A stretch of DNA of 64,000 bases from a phage. Numbering within the stretch: the first letter of the stretch is position 1; each line of letters starts with the position of its first letter. Below, piece by piece: positions 8,357 through 16,778 of the stretch. Both the position numbers and the translations under genes were made by a program. The stretch is taken from assembly GCA_016390365.1 (NCBI GenBank), contig GCA_016390365.1_3043.1. The stretch is one strand, 5' to 3'. The notes under the pieces were generated by a model. It searched no databases, was not told the origin of the DNA, and saw only the letters and a list, made by a program, of their open reading frames with translations.

Positions 8357-8896
8357 ATGAGAACATTTTTAACTGGCCCGTATCTATCCCTGATGAATGC
8401 TTTTACACACCATTCTGATGCTAGAGTAGAAGAAATTTGTAAAAACGAATATATCCCGCCATTTGAAGAATTACTTAAACAGTACTGTACACTTCGACTA
8501 GATGGTGGACGTCAATCTGGTAAATCAACTGCGGTAACTAATTTTGCCGCTAATTGGTTGTATGATGGCGGAACAGTTATTGTTCTTTCTAATACTTCAG
8601 CTTACGCTAAAATTTCTGCAGGCCACATTAAAAAAGAATTTTCTCGTTATTCTAGTAATGATATTCGATTCCGCTTATTTACTGATTCTGTCCGTAGTTT
8701 TATCGGTAATAAAGGAAGCAAGTTCAGAGGTTTATCTCTTTCGCGAATTTTGTATATAATCGATGAGCCTGTTAAATCTCCTGATATGGATAAAATTTAC
8801 GATATTCATATTGAAACTGTGCAACACTGCTGTAATAGTAAATGTTGCATTGGTGGTATTACTCGTCCGCAGTTTTTCGTAATCGGAATGCAATGA
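8357..8896 (+). CDS. hypothetical P-loop NTPase
   Basis: Walker A GGRQSGKST and Walker B-like ILYIIDEP; ATG 8357 (track ORF begins at 8309). Confidence 0.5.
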   Translation: MRTFLTGPYLSLMNAFTHHSDARVEEICKNEYIPPFEELLKQYCTLRLDGGRQSGKSTAVTNFAANWLYDGGTVIVLSNTSAYAKISAGHIKKEFSRYSSNDIRFRLFTDSVRSFIGNKGSKFRGLSLSRILYIIDEPVKSPDMDKIYDIHIETVQHCCNSKCCIGGITRPQFFVIGMQ

Positions 8897-9222
8897 TGAC
8901 AGACACACAGCTTTTCGAATATCTTTATTTTTCGCCAAAAACTATTAAAAATAAATTGGTGAATCATTTTGAAATTTTGGCAAATAACAACGTCTTGAGC
9001 GAATTTTATCCTAAGCAATACAAATTACAAAAAGGTGTATTCAAAGGATGCAGAGTTTTGTGTACTGCTCCTAATGCAAGATTAATGAATAAAATTCCAT
9101 ATTTTACCATGGAATTTATTGATGGACCTTTTAAAGGACTAATCACCCAAAGTTTAATGGCATATGATTCTGAGCCATTTTTAATTAAAGAACAATCTTG
9201 GATAAATTTATTTTCTAATTGA
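8893..9222 (+). CDS. hypothetical protein
   Basis: ATG 8893 overlaps upstream stop. Confidence 0.5.
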   Translation: MMTDTQLFEYLYFSPKTIKNKLVNHFEILANNNVLSEFYPKQYKLQKGVFKGCRVLCTAPNARLMNKIPYFTMEFIDGPFKGLITQSLMAYDSEPFLIKEQSWINLFSN

Positions 9223-9228
9223 GGTTAT

Positions 9229-9591
9229 ATGAAAGCATATCAAATTCTTGAAGGCACACATAAAGGTACTATTTATTTTGAAGATGGTATTCAAGCACGA
9301 ATTATTGTTTCTAAAACCTTTAAAGAGGACTCTTTTGTAGACCCAGAAATTTTCTACGGTTTGCATGCCCGTGAAATTGAAATTGAGCCACAGCCTACAG
9401 TTAAAATTGAAGGTGGTCAACACCTGAACGTTAACGTTCTGCGTCGTGAAACTTTGGAAGATGCAGTTAAGCATCCGGAAAAATATCCGCAGCTGACCAT
9501 CCGTGTATCAGGTTATGCAGTTCGTTTTAACTCTCTGACTCCGGAACAGCAGCGCGACGTTATCGCTCGTACCTTTACTGAGAGTCTGTAA
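9229..9591 (+). CDS. autonomous glycyl-radical cofactor (GrcA/YfiD-like)
   Basis: C-terminal 60 aa match E. coli GrcA, including glycyl-radical motif RVSGYAVRF; that half uses host-like codons (CTG, CGT, CCG). Confidence 0.85.
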   Translation: MKAYQILEGTHKGTIYFEDGIQARIIVSKTFKEDSFVDPEIFYGLHAREIEIEPQPTVKIEGGQHLNVNVLRRETLEDAVKHPEKYPQLTIRVSGYAVRFNSLTPEQQRDVIARTFTESL

Positions 9592-9812
9592 TGGCAAAGA
9601 TAATTATTGAAGGTTCTAAAGATGTGCTAAATGCTTTCGCAGAATGGTTTAGTAATTCAGGCGAACAGCAATTTAATGAAGCGTGGAATATGGGTGATAT
9701 TAGTGGAATTTATCCTACGACAGAAATTTCTGTTCAGGGATATGGCATTCATGAACCTATTCGTTTAGTTGAATATGATTTGGGAACGGGCGAGGAAGTC
9801 AAATATGATTGA
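9591..9812 (+). CDS. hypothetical protein
   Basis: ATG overlaps previous stop (TAATG). Confidence 0.5.
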   Translation: MAKIIIEGSKDVLNAFAEWFSNSGEQQFNEAWNMGDISGIYPTTEISVQGYGIHEPIRLVEYDLGTGEEVKYD

Positions 9813-10071
9813 AGATATTAAAGGTTATAAGCCTCACACTGAAGAGAAAATCGATAAAGTGAATGCTATCAAAGACGCTGAAGTTCGTTTAGGACTTATC
9901 TTTGACGCTTTATATGATGAATTCTGGGAAGCACTAGATAATTGTGAAGACTACGAATTCGCAAAGAATTATGCTGAAAGCCTAGATCAGTTAACTATTG
10001 CTAAAACGAAACTCAAAGAAGCTAGTATGTGGGCTTGTCGTGCTGTGTTCCAACCAGAGGAAAAATATTAA
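9802..10071 (+). CDS. hypothetical protein
   Basis: ATG 9802 after GAGGAAG RBS (track start 9769). Confidence 0.5.
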   Translation, partial: NMIEDIKGYKPHTEEKIDKVNAIKDAEVRLGLIFDALYDEFWEALDNCEDYEFAKNYAESLDQLTIAKTKLKEASMWACRAVFQPEEKY

Positions 10072-10349
10072 TGGCTCAATTAAGCGCAGGGTTTGGTTAT
10101 GAGTATTATACTGCCCCTCGTCGTGTATCTATTGCTTCTAAGAAAATTCAAAGTCTTGATGATTTCCAGGAAGTAGTCCGTAAAGCTTTCCAGGACTATG
10201 CACGTTATCTTAAAGAAGATTCACAGGACTGTCTCGAAGAAGATGAAATTGCTTACTATGAGCAGCGTCTTGAACAGCTTAAAAACTTACATGAGGTTCG
10301 TGCAGAAGTTTCAAAGTCTATGAATAAATTGATTAGATTTAAAGAATAA
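10071..10349 (+). CDS. hypothetical protein
   Basis: ATG 10071 overlaps previous stop (track start 10029). Confidence 0.5.
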   Translation: MAQLSAGFGYEYYTAPRRVSIASKKIQSLDDFQEVVRKAFQDYARYLKEDSQDCLEEDEIAYYEQRLEQLKNLHEVRAEVSKSMNKLIRFKE

Positions 10350-10351
10350 CT

Positions 10352-10381
10352 GTTTACTTTTCCTCTTGACTGTGGTATAAT
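10352..10381 (+). promoter_or_regulatory. early promoter
   Basis: -35 GTTTAC 10352-10357, 18 nt spacer, extended -10 TGTGGTATAAT. Confidence 0.6.
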
Positions 10382-10408
10382 TTTTCTATCAGTTAAGAGG
10401 AGAATAAC

Positions 10409-10870
10409 ATGACTATCAATACAGAAGTTTTTATCCGTCGAAATAAGCTTCGTCGTCACTTTGAGTCGGAGTTTCGTCAAATTAACAATGAGATTCGTGA
10501 GGCATCAAAAGCAGCAGGAGTCTCATCGTTTCATCTAAAATATTCTCAGCATCTTCTTGATCGTGCAATTCAACGGGAGATTGATGAGACATATGTTTTT
10601 GAATTATTCCATAAAATAAAAGACCATGTTTTAGAAGTTAATGAATTCCTGAGTATGCCTCCGCGTCCTGACATTGACGAGGATTTTATTGATGGGGTTG
10701 AATATCGTCCTGGACGTTTAGAAATCACAGATGGAAATCTTTGGCTTGGATTTACAGTTTGTAAGCCTAATGAGAAGTTCAAAAACCCGTCACTTCAATG
10801 CAGGATGGCAATTATCAACAGTCGTCGTTTACCAGGAAAGGCTTCTAAAGCAGTAATTAAAACTCAATGA
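10409..10870 (+). CDS. regB: RegB-like endoribonuclease
   Basis: 153 aa; sequence and own early promoter match my recollection of T4 RegB. Confidence 0.7.
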   Translation: MTINTEVFIRRNKLRRHFESEFRQINNEIREASKAAGVSSFHLKYSQHLLDRAIQREIDETYVFELFHKIKDHVLEVNEFLSMPPRPDIDEDFIDGVEYRPGRLEITDGNLWLGFTVCKPNEKFKNPSLQCRMAIINSRRLPGKASKAVIKTQ

Positions 10871-10877
10871 GGTAAAC

Positions 10878-11423
10878 ATGAGAAAAGCACTACTCGCTGG
10901 TCTATTGGCCATTTCAATGATGGCACATAGCTCCGAGCATACTTTCAGTAATGTCCAACTCGATAACATGCGTTACGCGTATCAATTCGGGGAACAATTT
11001 TCTAAGGATGGAAAATATAAAACACACAAAAATATCCACAAGAGCGGATTAGGTCATATAATGGCTGCCATTTTATGGCAAGAAAGCTCTGGCGGAGTTA
11101 ATTTAAAATCTAAACCAAAGCATCACGCCTACGGAATGTTCCAAAATTATTTGCCTACTATGCGAGCAAGAGTTAAGGAACTTGGTTATAATATGACCGA
11201 TGCTGAAATAAAAAGAATGTTGAATAAACGGTCCAATTCAGCTTCCTGGGCGTACATTGAACTTTCTTATTGGTTAAATATACATAAGGGCGATATAAGA
11301 AAAGCAATATCCTCTTATAATTCGGGATGGAATGTTAAAGCAGGTTCTAAATATGCTTCTGAAGTCCTAGAAAAGGCTAATTACCTTAAAAATAATAAAC
11401 TTTTGGAAATAGTAAATGACTAA
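10878..11423 (+). CDS. secreted lytic-transglycosylase-like protein
   Basis: Signal peptide MRKALLAGLLAISMMAHS; SLT-like motifs WQESSGG...GMFQ and SYNSGWN. Confidence 0.5.
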   Translation: MRKALLAGLLAISMMAHSSEHTFSNVQLDNMRYAYQFGEQFSKDGKYKTHKNIHKSGLGHIMAAILWQESSGGVNLKSKPKHHAYGMFQNYLPTMRARVKELGYNMTDAEIKRMLNKRSNSASWAYIELSYWLNIHKGDIRKAISSYNSGWNVKAGSKYASEVLEKANYLKNNKLLEIVND

Positions 11424-11757
11424 AATTTTGGTTTTATGTATAGGATTAATTTCATTTTCTGCGTTAGCAGATACATCATATACTGAAATTAGAGAGTATG
11501 TAAACCGTACTGCAGCGGATTATTGCGGGAAAAATAAAGCATGCCAAGCTGAATTTGCACAGAAATTAATATATGCATATAAAGACGGAGAAAGAGATAA
11601 ATCAAGCAGATACAAAAATGATACATTGTTAAAACGATATGCTAAAAAGTGGAATACCTTAGAATGTTCAGTTGCGGAGGAAAAAGATAAAGCCGCTTGT
11701 CATTCAATGGTTGACCGTTTGGTAGATTCTTATAATCGAGGATTGAGTACTAGATGA
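11416..11757 (+). CDS. secreted Cys-containing hypothetical protein
   Basis: Signal peptide MTKILVLCIGLISFSALA; four Cys. Confidence 0.5.
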   Translation: MTKILVLCIGLISFSALADTSYTEIREYVNRTAADYCGKNKACQAEFAQKLIYAYKDGERDKSSRYKNDTLLKRYAKKWNTLECSVAEEKDKAACHSMVDRLVDSYNRGLSTR

Positions 11758-12233
11758 TTGTAAAATATATCAAGGGCGATATTGTCGCCCTATTTCTTCA
11801 AGGTAATATTATTGCGCACGGGTGCAATTGTTTTCATACTATGGGTTCAGGTGTAGCGGGTCAATTAGCCAGAGCCTATCCCAAAATTTTAGAAATAGAT
11901 AAAACCACTACTGAGTACGGTTCTCGCGATAAATTAGGCGATATGTCTATTGTTTTTAAACATAAACCTAATGGTTTTGGCATATGTTATAACTTGTATA
12001 CGCAATACGAACCAGGTCCTAATCTTGATTATGGTGCTTTAGTAAACTGCATGATAGAATTAAATCTACAGGCAGAAACCCTTTTGTTTAAACCAGTAAT
12101 TTACATTCCACGCATAGGTTGTGGTATTGCTGGCGGCGATTGGGATAAGGTTTCTAAATTAATCGACATGTTTACTCCTGATATTGATTTAATAGTGGTG
12201 GATTATGAAAGTACATTACCCACATCCGTTTGA
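11754..12233 (+). CDS. macro-domain protein, TARG1/DarG-like, putative ADP-ribosyl hydrolase
   Basis: YIKGDIV...HGCNCFHTMGSGVAGQLA and RIGCGIAGGDWDKV match macro-domain nucleotide-binding loops. Confidence 0.6.
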   Translation: MIVKYIKGDIVALFLQGNIIAHGCNCFHTMGSGVAGQLARAYPKILEIDKTTTEYGSRDKLGDMSIVFKHKPNGFGICYNLYTQYEPGPNLDYGALVNCMIELNLQAETLLFKPVIYIPRIGCGIAGGDWDKVSKLIDMFTPDIDLIVVDYESTLPTSV

Positions 12234-12417
12234 TCCTAAAAACAAAGTGGAAATTATTCGTCAATGGGAACGCATTTGCCGTACTAAATGTCCAATTAAT
12301 AGTCCACATGATGTAGATAAAGACTACATTGGAACATTCGTTGAATATACCTTTATTGATAAGAAAGGTCGTAAACAACATGTAGAAGAATATTGCTTAA
12401 AGGTTACATGGTTATGA
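12205..12417 (+). CDS. hypothetical protein
   Basis: Track ORF; overlaps the macro gene by 29 nt. Confidence 0.4.
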   Translation: MKVHYPHPFDPKNKVEIIRQWERICRTKCPINSPHDVDKDYIGTFVEYTFIDKKGRKQHVEEYCLKVTWL

Positions 12418-12620
12418 GCCAAACTAGTATTCTTAAAAATGCCCACTGTGAAAAGTGTAAGTGGCCTGTTGTTTTTGCTTTATGTAATGATGAAATGGCT
12501 TGTGATTTCGATTATTGGTGCTATTGTTCTAATAAAGGATGCATCAATCATAAAGGTGAAGGATTTTATTCAGGATTTTATCCTTATCCTGATTTCGTTA
12601 AAGAAGGTAAACCGAAATGA
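12393..12620 (+). CDS. Cys-rich putative zinc-binding small protein
   Basis: CEKCKW...C...C...CYCSNKGC pattern; start may be ATG 12414. Confidence 0.45.
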   Translation: MLKGYMVMSQTSILKNAHCEKCKWPVVFALCNDEMACDFDYWCYCSNKGCINHKGEGFYSGFYPYPDFVKEGKPK

Positions 12621-12790
12621 ATAGTTTTGAGTTACAATATGAAGTGTTACGTGAGCTTGATAATTTAATTGAACTCGCTGTCAATAAAGGTTTTGCCATT
12701 GGAATCGGTCAAAAAGATACTGGTCATTTAACTATGGAAATATTTAAGCAAAAGCGAATTATTTTAAAACTCCTGGAAATTAATATATGA
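12617..12790 (+). CDS. hypothetical small protein (57 aa)
   Basis: ATG overlaps previous stop. Confidence 0.4.
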   Translation: MNSFELQYEVLRELDNLIELAVNKGFAIGIGQKDTGHLTMEIFKQKRIILKLLEINI

Positions 12791-12972
12791 GTCTGAGTAA
12801 AGAACAAAAAGATAAATTGTTTGAGCTTATCCATGAACTTCTAGATGAGCATACAGAAGCAAACACCTTTTATGATGAATACGGCCCGCTATCTCCCGAT
12901 CAGCAAGAAGAATTTGCTGATCGGTTTGATAAGAAAGAAAACGAATTAATAGCTTATGTGAATATGCTTTAA
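12787..12972 (+). CDS. hypothetical acidic small protein
   Basis: Track ORF; ATGA overlap. Confidence 0.5.
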   Translation: MSLSKEQKDKLFELIHELLDEHTEANTFYDEYGPLSPDQQEEFADRFDKKENELIAYVNML

Positions 12973-12981
12973 GAAGGTGAT

Positions 12982-13563
12982 ATGGCGAGTTTAATTTTTA
13001 CTTACGCAGCAATGAATGCTGGAAAATCTGCTTCTCTTTTGACTGCTGCACATAATTATAAAGAACGCGGAATGGGTGTATTAGTTCTTAAGCCTGCTAT
13101 TGATACTCGTGATTCTGTCTGTGAAGTCGTTTCTCGCATTGGAATTAAGCAGGAAGCGAATATTATTACGGATGATATGGATATTTTTGAGTTCTATAAA
13201 TGGGCTGAAGCACAAAAAGATATTCATTGTGTATTTGTAGATGAAGCTCAGTTTTTAAAAACTGAACAGGTGCATCAATTAAGTCGAATTGTTGATACAT
13301 ATAATGTTCCTGTTATGGCTTATGGGCTAAGGACTGATTTCGCTGGAAAATTATTTGAAGGTTCTAAAGAACTTTTGGCGATTGCAGATAAACTTATTGA
13401 ACTAAAGGCAGTTTGTCATTGTGGTAAAAAGGCTATTATGACAGCTCGATTAATGGAAGATGGAACACCGGTTAAAGAAGGTAATCAAATCTGTATTGGT
13501 GATGAAATTTATGTTTCTTTGTGTAGAAAACATTGGAATGAATTAACTAAAAAGCTCGGTTAG
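12982..13563 (+). CDS. tk: thymidine kinase
   Basis: 193 aa; P-loop AAMNAGKS and C-terminal CxCG...C zinc motif; matches T4 Tk. Confidence 0.9.
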   Translation: MASLIFTYAAMNAGKSASLLTAAHNYKERGMGVLVLKPAIDTRDSVCEVVSRIGIKQEANIITDDMDIFEFYKWAEAQKDIHCVFVDEAQFLKTEQVHQLSRIVDTYNVPVMAYGLRTDFAGKLFEGSKELLAIADKLIELKAVCHCGKKAIMTARLMEDGTPVKEGNQICIGDEIYVSLCRKHWNELTKKLG

Positions 13564-13572
13564 TGCAAAAGT

Positions 13573-13580
13573 TATAAATA
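13573..13580 (+). promoter_or_regulatory. late promoter TATAAATA
   Basis: Exact TATAAATA 26 nt upstream of ATG 13606. Confidence 0.4.
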
Positions 13581-13605
13581 GGTTTATCTAACTAAAGGGG
13601 TATAT

Positions 13606-13818
13606 ATGCTACAATTAACTGAAAAGCAACTTCGCAATCTTACTGTTCTTCAATTAGATGAAATTCGTAGGGAAGTTGGAAATATCATTTCAGCTTTGCG
13701 TCGGGAAGTATCACTCAACCAATCTCCGGCAGACTATACTAGATTGCGAAATTTTGAAAAATACCTTGATAAAGTTAAGGCCGTGCATCGGCATAAAGTA
13801 AATACAGGACAAAAATGA
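13606..13818 (+). CDS. hypothetical protein
   Basis: Track ORF with RBS. Confidence 0.5.
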
Positions 13819-13830
13819 TAGGAGGCCTTT

Positions 13831-14124
13831 ATGGCCTTAAAAGCAACGGCACTATTTGCCATGCTAGGATTAGCGTTTGCTTTATCTCCACCAATTGAAG
13901 CGAATGTCGATCCTCATTTTGATAAATTTATGGAATCTGGTATTAGACACGTTTATATGCTTTTTGAAAATAAAAGCGTAGAATCATCTGAACAGTTCTA
14001 TAGTTTTATGCGAACGACTTATAAAAATGACCCGTGCTCTTCCGATTTTGAATGTATAGAGCGAGGCGCGGAGATGGCACAATCATACGCTAGAATTATG
14101 AACATTAAATTGGAGACTGAATGA
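13831..14124 (+). CDS. rI: lysis-inhibition protein RI (antiholin)
   Basis: 97 aa; signal-anchor N-terminus; matches my recollection of T4 RI (MALKATALFAMLGL...). Confidence 0.7.
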   Translation: MALKATALFAMLGLAFALSPPIEANVDPHFDKFMESGIRHVYMLFENKSVESSEQFYSFMRTTYKNDPCSSDFECIERGAEMAQSYARIMNIKLETE

Positions 14125-14507
14125 AATTCAGCGACTTTTCACAAAGTGGAAAACCTTCAAAGGCAGATGAATACTTAGGTTTATTAATGGCTGCACAAGC
14201 TTATTTTCATTCTGCGCATTTTGAAACTAAAAGTTATGCTAGACACAAAGCATACGATTTTATTTTCTCTGAGTTGCCAGATTTGATTGATAAATTTGGT
14301 GAGCAATATTTGGGGTATTCTGGTAGAAAATACACGCCTTCTATTCCAGATGCCAGTAAACTTCCTACCGACACAATTAGAATGATTGATCACATACTAG
14401 ACCAATCTAACAGCATTTATAAAGAAATGCCTCCAGCCATTCAAAGCACGATAGATGATATTACTGGGATGTTTTACCAGAGCAAATATCTTCTTTCCCT
14501 CGAATAA
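14121..14507 (+). CDS. hypothetical protein
   Basis: Track ORF; ATGA overlap with rI. Confidence 0.55.
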   Translation: MKFSDFSQSGKPSKADEYLGLLMAAQAYFHSAHFETKSYARHKAYDFIFSELPDLIDKFGEQYLGYSGRKYTPSIPDASKLPTDTIRMIDHILDQSNSIYKEMPPAIQSTIDDITGMFYQSKYLLSLE

Positions 14508-14511
14508 CATT

Positions 14512-14535
14512 AGTCTCCTTCGGGAGACTTTTTTC
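14512..14535 (+). terminator. intrinsic terminator
   Basis: AGTCTCC-TTCG-GGAGACT then T6. Confidence 0.7.
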
Positions 14536-14544
14536 ATTTTACCA

Positions 14545-14574
14545 GTTTACTTTCAATTTGAGCTGTGATACTAT
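14545..14574 (+). promoter_or_regulatory. early promoter
   Basis: -35 GTTTAC 14545-14550, 18 nt spacer, -10 TACTAT. Confidence 0.55.
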
Positions 14575-14602
14575 ACAACCATCGGATAAAGAGGAGAACA
14601 TC

Positions 14603-14791
14603 ATGAAAATTGAAGCACTCAATCAAGAAGGAAATATCTACGTCATCATTAATGGTGATTTTTTCGTCGACATGGATGAAGTTACTAGTGAAGAACTTGT
14701 AGAACTTCTTAAGAAACGTTATGATATGTGTGATGAAGCTGCAACTCATATGGCGTGTGCAATATTCTCTCTTTCATATGTGGTGGAATAA
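14603..14791 (+). CDS. small acidic protein, member of a tandem family
   Basis: ATG 14603 after GAGGAG RBS; about 60 aa. Confidence 0.5.
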   Translation: MKIEALNQEGNIYVIINGDFFVDMDEVTSEELVELLKKRYDMCDEAATHMACAIFSLSYVVE

Positions 14792-14994
14792 TGATTAGAA
14801 TTGAACAAGCAGATAAAATTAAAGAATTGGTAGCTTTAATTCGCAAAGCAGATGAGGAACTTAGTGACTTTGCTTGGTTTTCGGCAGGCATTGCAAATAA
14901 AGGTATTGAAAAATTTGAAGCTAAAGTTGATAATGCTGTAGAAGCTTTAGATATGTTTCTTGATGAAATTATCGATCATAATACGAGAGTTTAA
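14791..14994 (+). CDS. small acidic protein, member of a tandem family
   Basis: ATG 14791 overlaps previous stop. Confidence 0.5.
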   Translation: MIRIEQADKIKELVALIRKADEELSDFAWFSAGIANKGIEKFEAKVDNAVEALDMFLDEIIDHNTRV

Positions 14995-14996
14995 GT

Positions 14997-15191
14997 ATGC
15001 TAACACGTGAACAGTTTGAAAAAATTATTAAATTAGCACGTGATGTTGAAATAGATTCATATCAATTAGCAGTTGAGCATTGTGAAGGATACTCATACGA
15101 TGGTATAGAAGCAGCTAAAAAGGATTTGGATAAATCCAAAGCTAAGTTAGTTCAATATCTTGAAATGATTAGGTGGAATAATGAAAACTGA
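14997..15191 (+). CDS. small acidic protein, member of a tandem family
   Basis: Track ORF. Confidence 0.5.
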   Translation: MLTREQFEKIIKLARDVEIDSYQLAVEHCEGYSYDGIEAAKKDLDKSKAKLVQYLEMIRWNNEN

Positions 15192-15354
15192 AAAGCAGAT
15201 GTTTTTAATGAAGCTAATTGAAGAATATGCTAATGCAGTTTCTGACTATGAGTATTCTGCTCGAGAAAGAGGTACAGCTTTCGCAAAGGAAGAAATGAAA
15301 ATCATGGTTGATGCTCACACAAAGCTTCAGAATTTTATTGAAAACGTCATTTAA
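15181..15354 (+). CDS. small acidic protein, member of a tandem family (57 aa)
   Basis: ATG 15181 overlaps previous gene end. Confidence 0.45.
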   Translation: MKTEKQMFLMKLIEEYANAVSDYEYSARERGTAFAKEEMKIMVDAHTKLQNFIENVI

Positions 15355-15356
15355 TG

Positions 15357-15386
15357 GTTTACAAGTTGGCAAGGTTATGATATAGT
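15357..15386 (+). promoter_or_regulatory. early promoter
   Basis: -35 GTTTAC 15357-15362, 18 nt spacer, -10 TATAGT. Confidence 0.55.
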
Positions 15387-15414
15387 AATCTTGTCAACTG
15401 CCAAGGAGAAGAGA

Positions 15415-15522
15415 ATGAAAGTTTTGTTTGTTGTGTATGTGATGATTCAATATAATTATCCTTTGTTTACCTATAATCTGGTGAATAACATTATTGATAT
15501 GATTCAGAGGAGTATGTGATGA
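15415..15522 (+). CDS. 35-aa hydrophobic peptide
   Basis: ATG 15415 six nt after AGGAG; MKVLFVVYVMIQYNYPLF...; stop overlaps next ATG. Confidence 0.35.
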
Positions 15523-15704
15523 CAAGTGAGCAGGCTTTTAAATTAAGAGAATTAATTGAAACATATAGCAAAGCTGTTCATACAGCAACAGTTATTGATG
15601 AATCAGCTTTCTCCGGACATGCTAACAAGATTAAATACAAAACTCTTATGGAAGAAGCTAAAGTAAATCTTGATTCTTATATTGAAACTTTAATTGGTAA
15701 ATAA
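15516..15704 (+). CDS. small acidic protein, member of a tandem family
   Basis: Track ORF; GAGGAG RBS. Confidence 0.5.
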   Translation: MMTSEQAFKLRELIETYSKAVHTATVIDESAFSGHANKIKYKTLMEEAKVNLDSYIETLIGK

Positions 15705-15705
15705 T

Positions 15706-16248
15706 ATGAAAGCTGTAATTGAAACAACTGATTTGTTCGGTGACCTGGTTATCGAAAAACGTGGTAATGTATACGTTCTGACGCAGGAAGACGATAGTAT
15801 TACTATTCTTCCTATGGAACTGGCTGCGATTTTATCTTATGCTCCCTCAGGAGTTACCGGTGTAACTAATATTACAGACGACCTCCAAGTTCGTTTTTAT
15901 CGTGGCCTTTACGGCGGTAATATTGAAACTGAATTTATGTGTCTTTCTATCAGCAATTGGGCAACATTCGTTGTCAAGGTGAAAGAATTCTTAGAATCTG
16001 AAACAGTCGAAACACCCGAAAAGACTAAACTTCAATGGGCTAAAGATCGCGGTGCTAACATTATTAATCCAGTAGCTGCAAATTATACTACGACTTTGGA
16101 TGTCAAGACTTCTTATGAAGATGGTGATGTCTTAACTATTCGTCAAATTGATGATTTTCGATCGTATATTGTCACATTTACCAAAGACGAAGCTATTGCG
16201 CTAAAGACTTATCTCGATTCTGTCATTCCAACTATGATTTCAAAGTGA
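15706..16248 (+). CDS. hypothetical protein, paralog pair member A
   Basis: ATG 15706; C-terminus ...AIALKTYLDSVIPTMISK resembles next gene. Confidence 0.5.
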   Translation: MKAVIETTDLFGDLVIEKRGNVYVLTQEDDSITILPMELAAILSYAPSGVTGVTNITDDLQVRFYRGLYGGNIETEFMCLSISNWATFVVKVKEFLESETVETPEKTKLQWAKDRGANIINPVAANYTTTLDVKTSYEDGDVLTIRQIDDFRSYIVTFTKDEAIALKTYLDSVIPTMISK

Positions 16249-16254
16249 GGAAAT

Positions 16255-16776
16255 ATGTTTATTTCAAGTGGAAGTGGTTTAATTCGTGTTGAATTTAAAA
16301 ATGACATCTTCCTTATTCAAGGAGATGATATTATTAAAATGAGTTATGATGAAATTAAGAAAATTTGTAATGCTCTTGAAAGTCATGGAAAAGTGAACGC
16401 TGTTATTGATATTGGTGATTTATGGGTGACACTTTATGAAGTATCCGAAGGATTTAATATTGAAGATGAAAACAACATCTTAGCTATTGATAAAAGAAGC
16501 GATTTGTTTGATGTGTTAAAAGTTTATGAACAGTCAAACGGTGGAAGAAAAGCTGTATTGATTTATCAAAAACCACATTCATGTGGAACTGCTTCAATCA
16601 TTTCAGATATTGAAGATGAAACTGATACTTATATGTGTGTTTTAAAAGCTGGTGGTGACCGTCATCCGGATTTTATTTCTATTCGTCAAAACAATGGAGA
16701 AATTTCATTATCAAAATCAGAAGCTGAAGCTATGATTAAGTATTTAACAACTGTTACACCTTCAATGAAAGGATAA
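16255..16776 (+). CDS. hypothetical protein, paralog pair member B
   Basis: C-terminus ...AEAMIKYLTTVTPSMKG resembles previous gene. Confidence 0.5.
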   Translation: MFISSGSGLIRVEFKNDIFLIQGDDIIKMSYDEIKKICNALESHGKVNAVIDIGDLWVTLYEVSEGFNIEDENNILAIDKRSDLFDVLKVYEQSNGGRKAVLIYQKPHSCGTASIISDIEDETDTYMCVLKAGGDRHPDFISIRQNNGEISLSKSEAEAMIKYLTTVTPSMKG

Positions 16777-16778
16777 TT

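Noticed and set aside
7896-8759. Internal alternative-frame track ORFs 7896-8078 and 8544-8759
   Set aside because: Embedded in genes 7730-8203 and 8357-8896 with no independent start signals.
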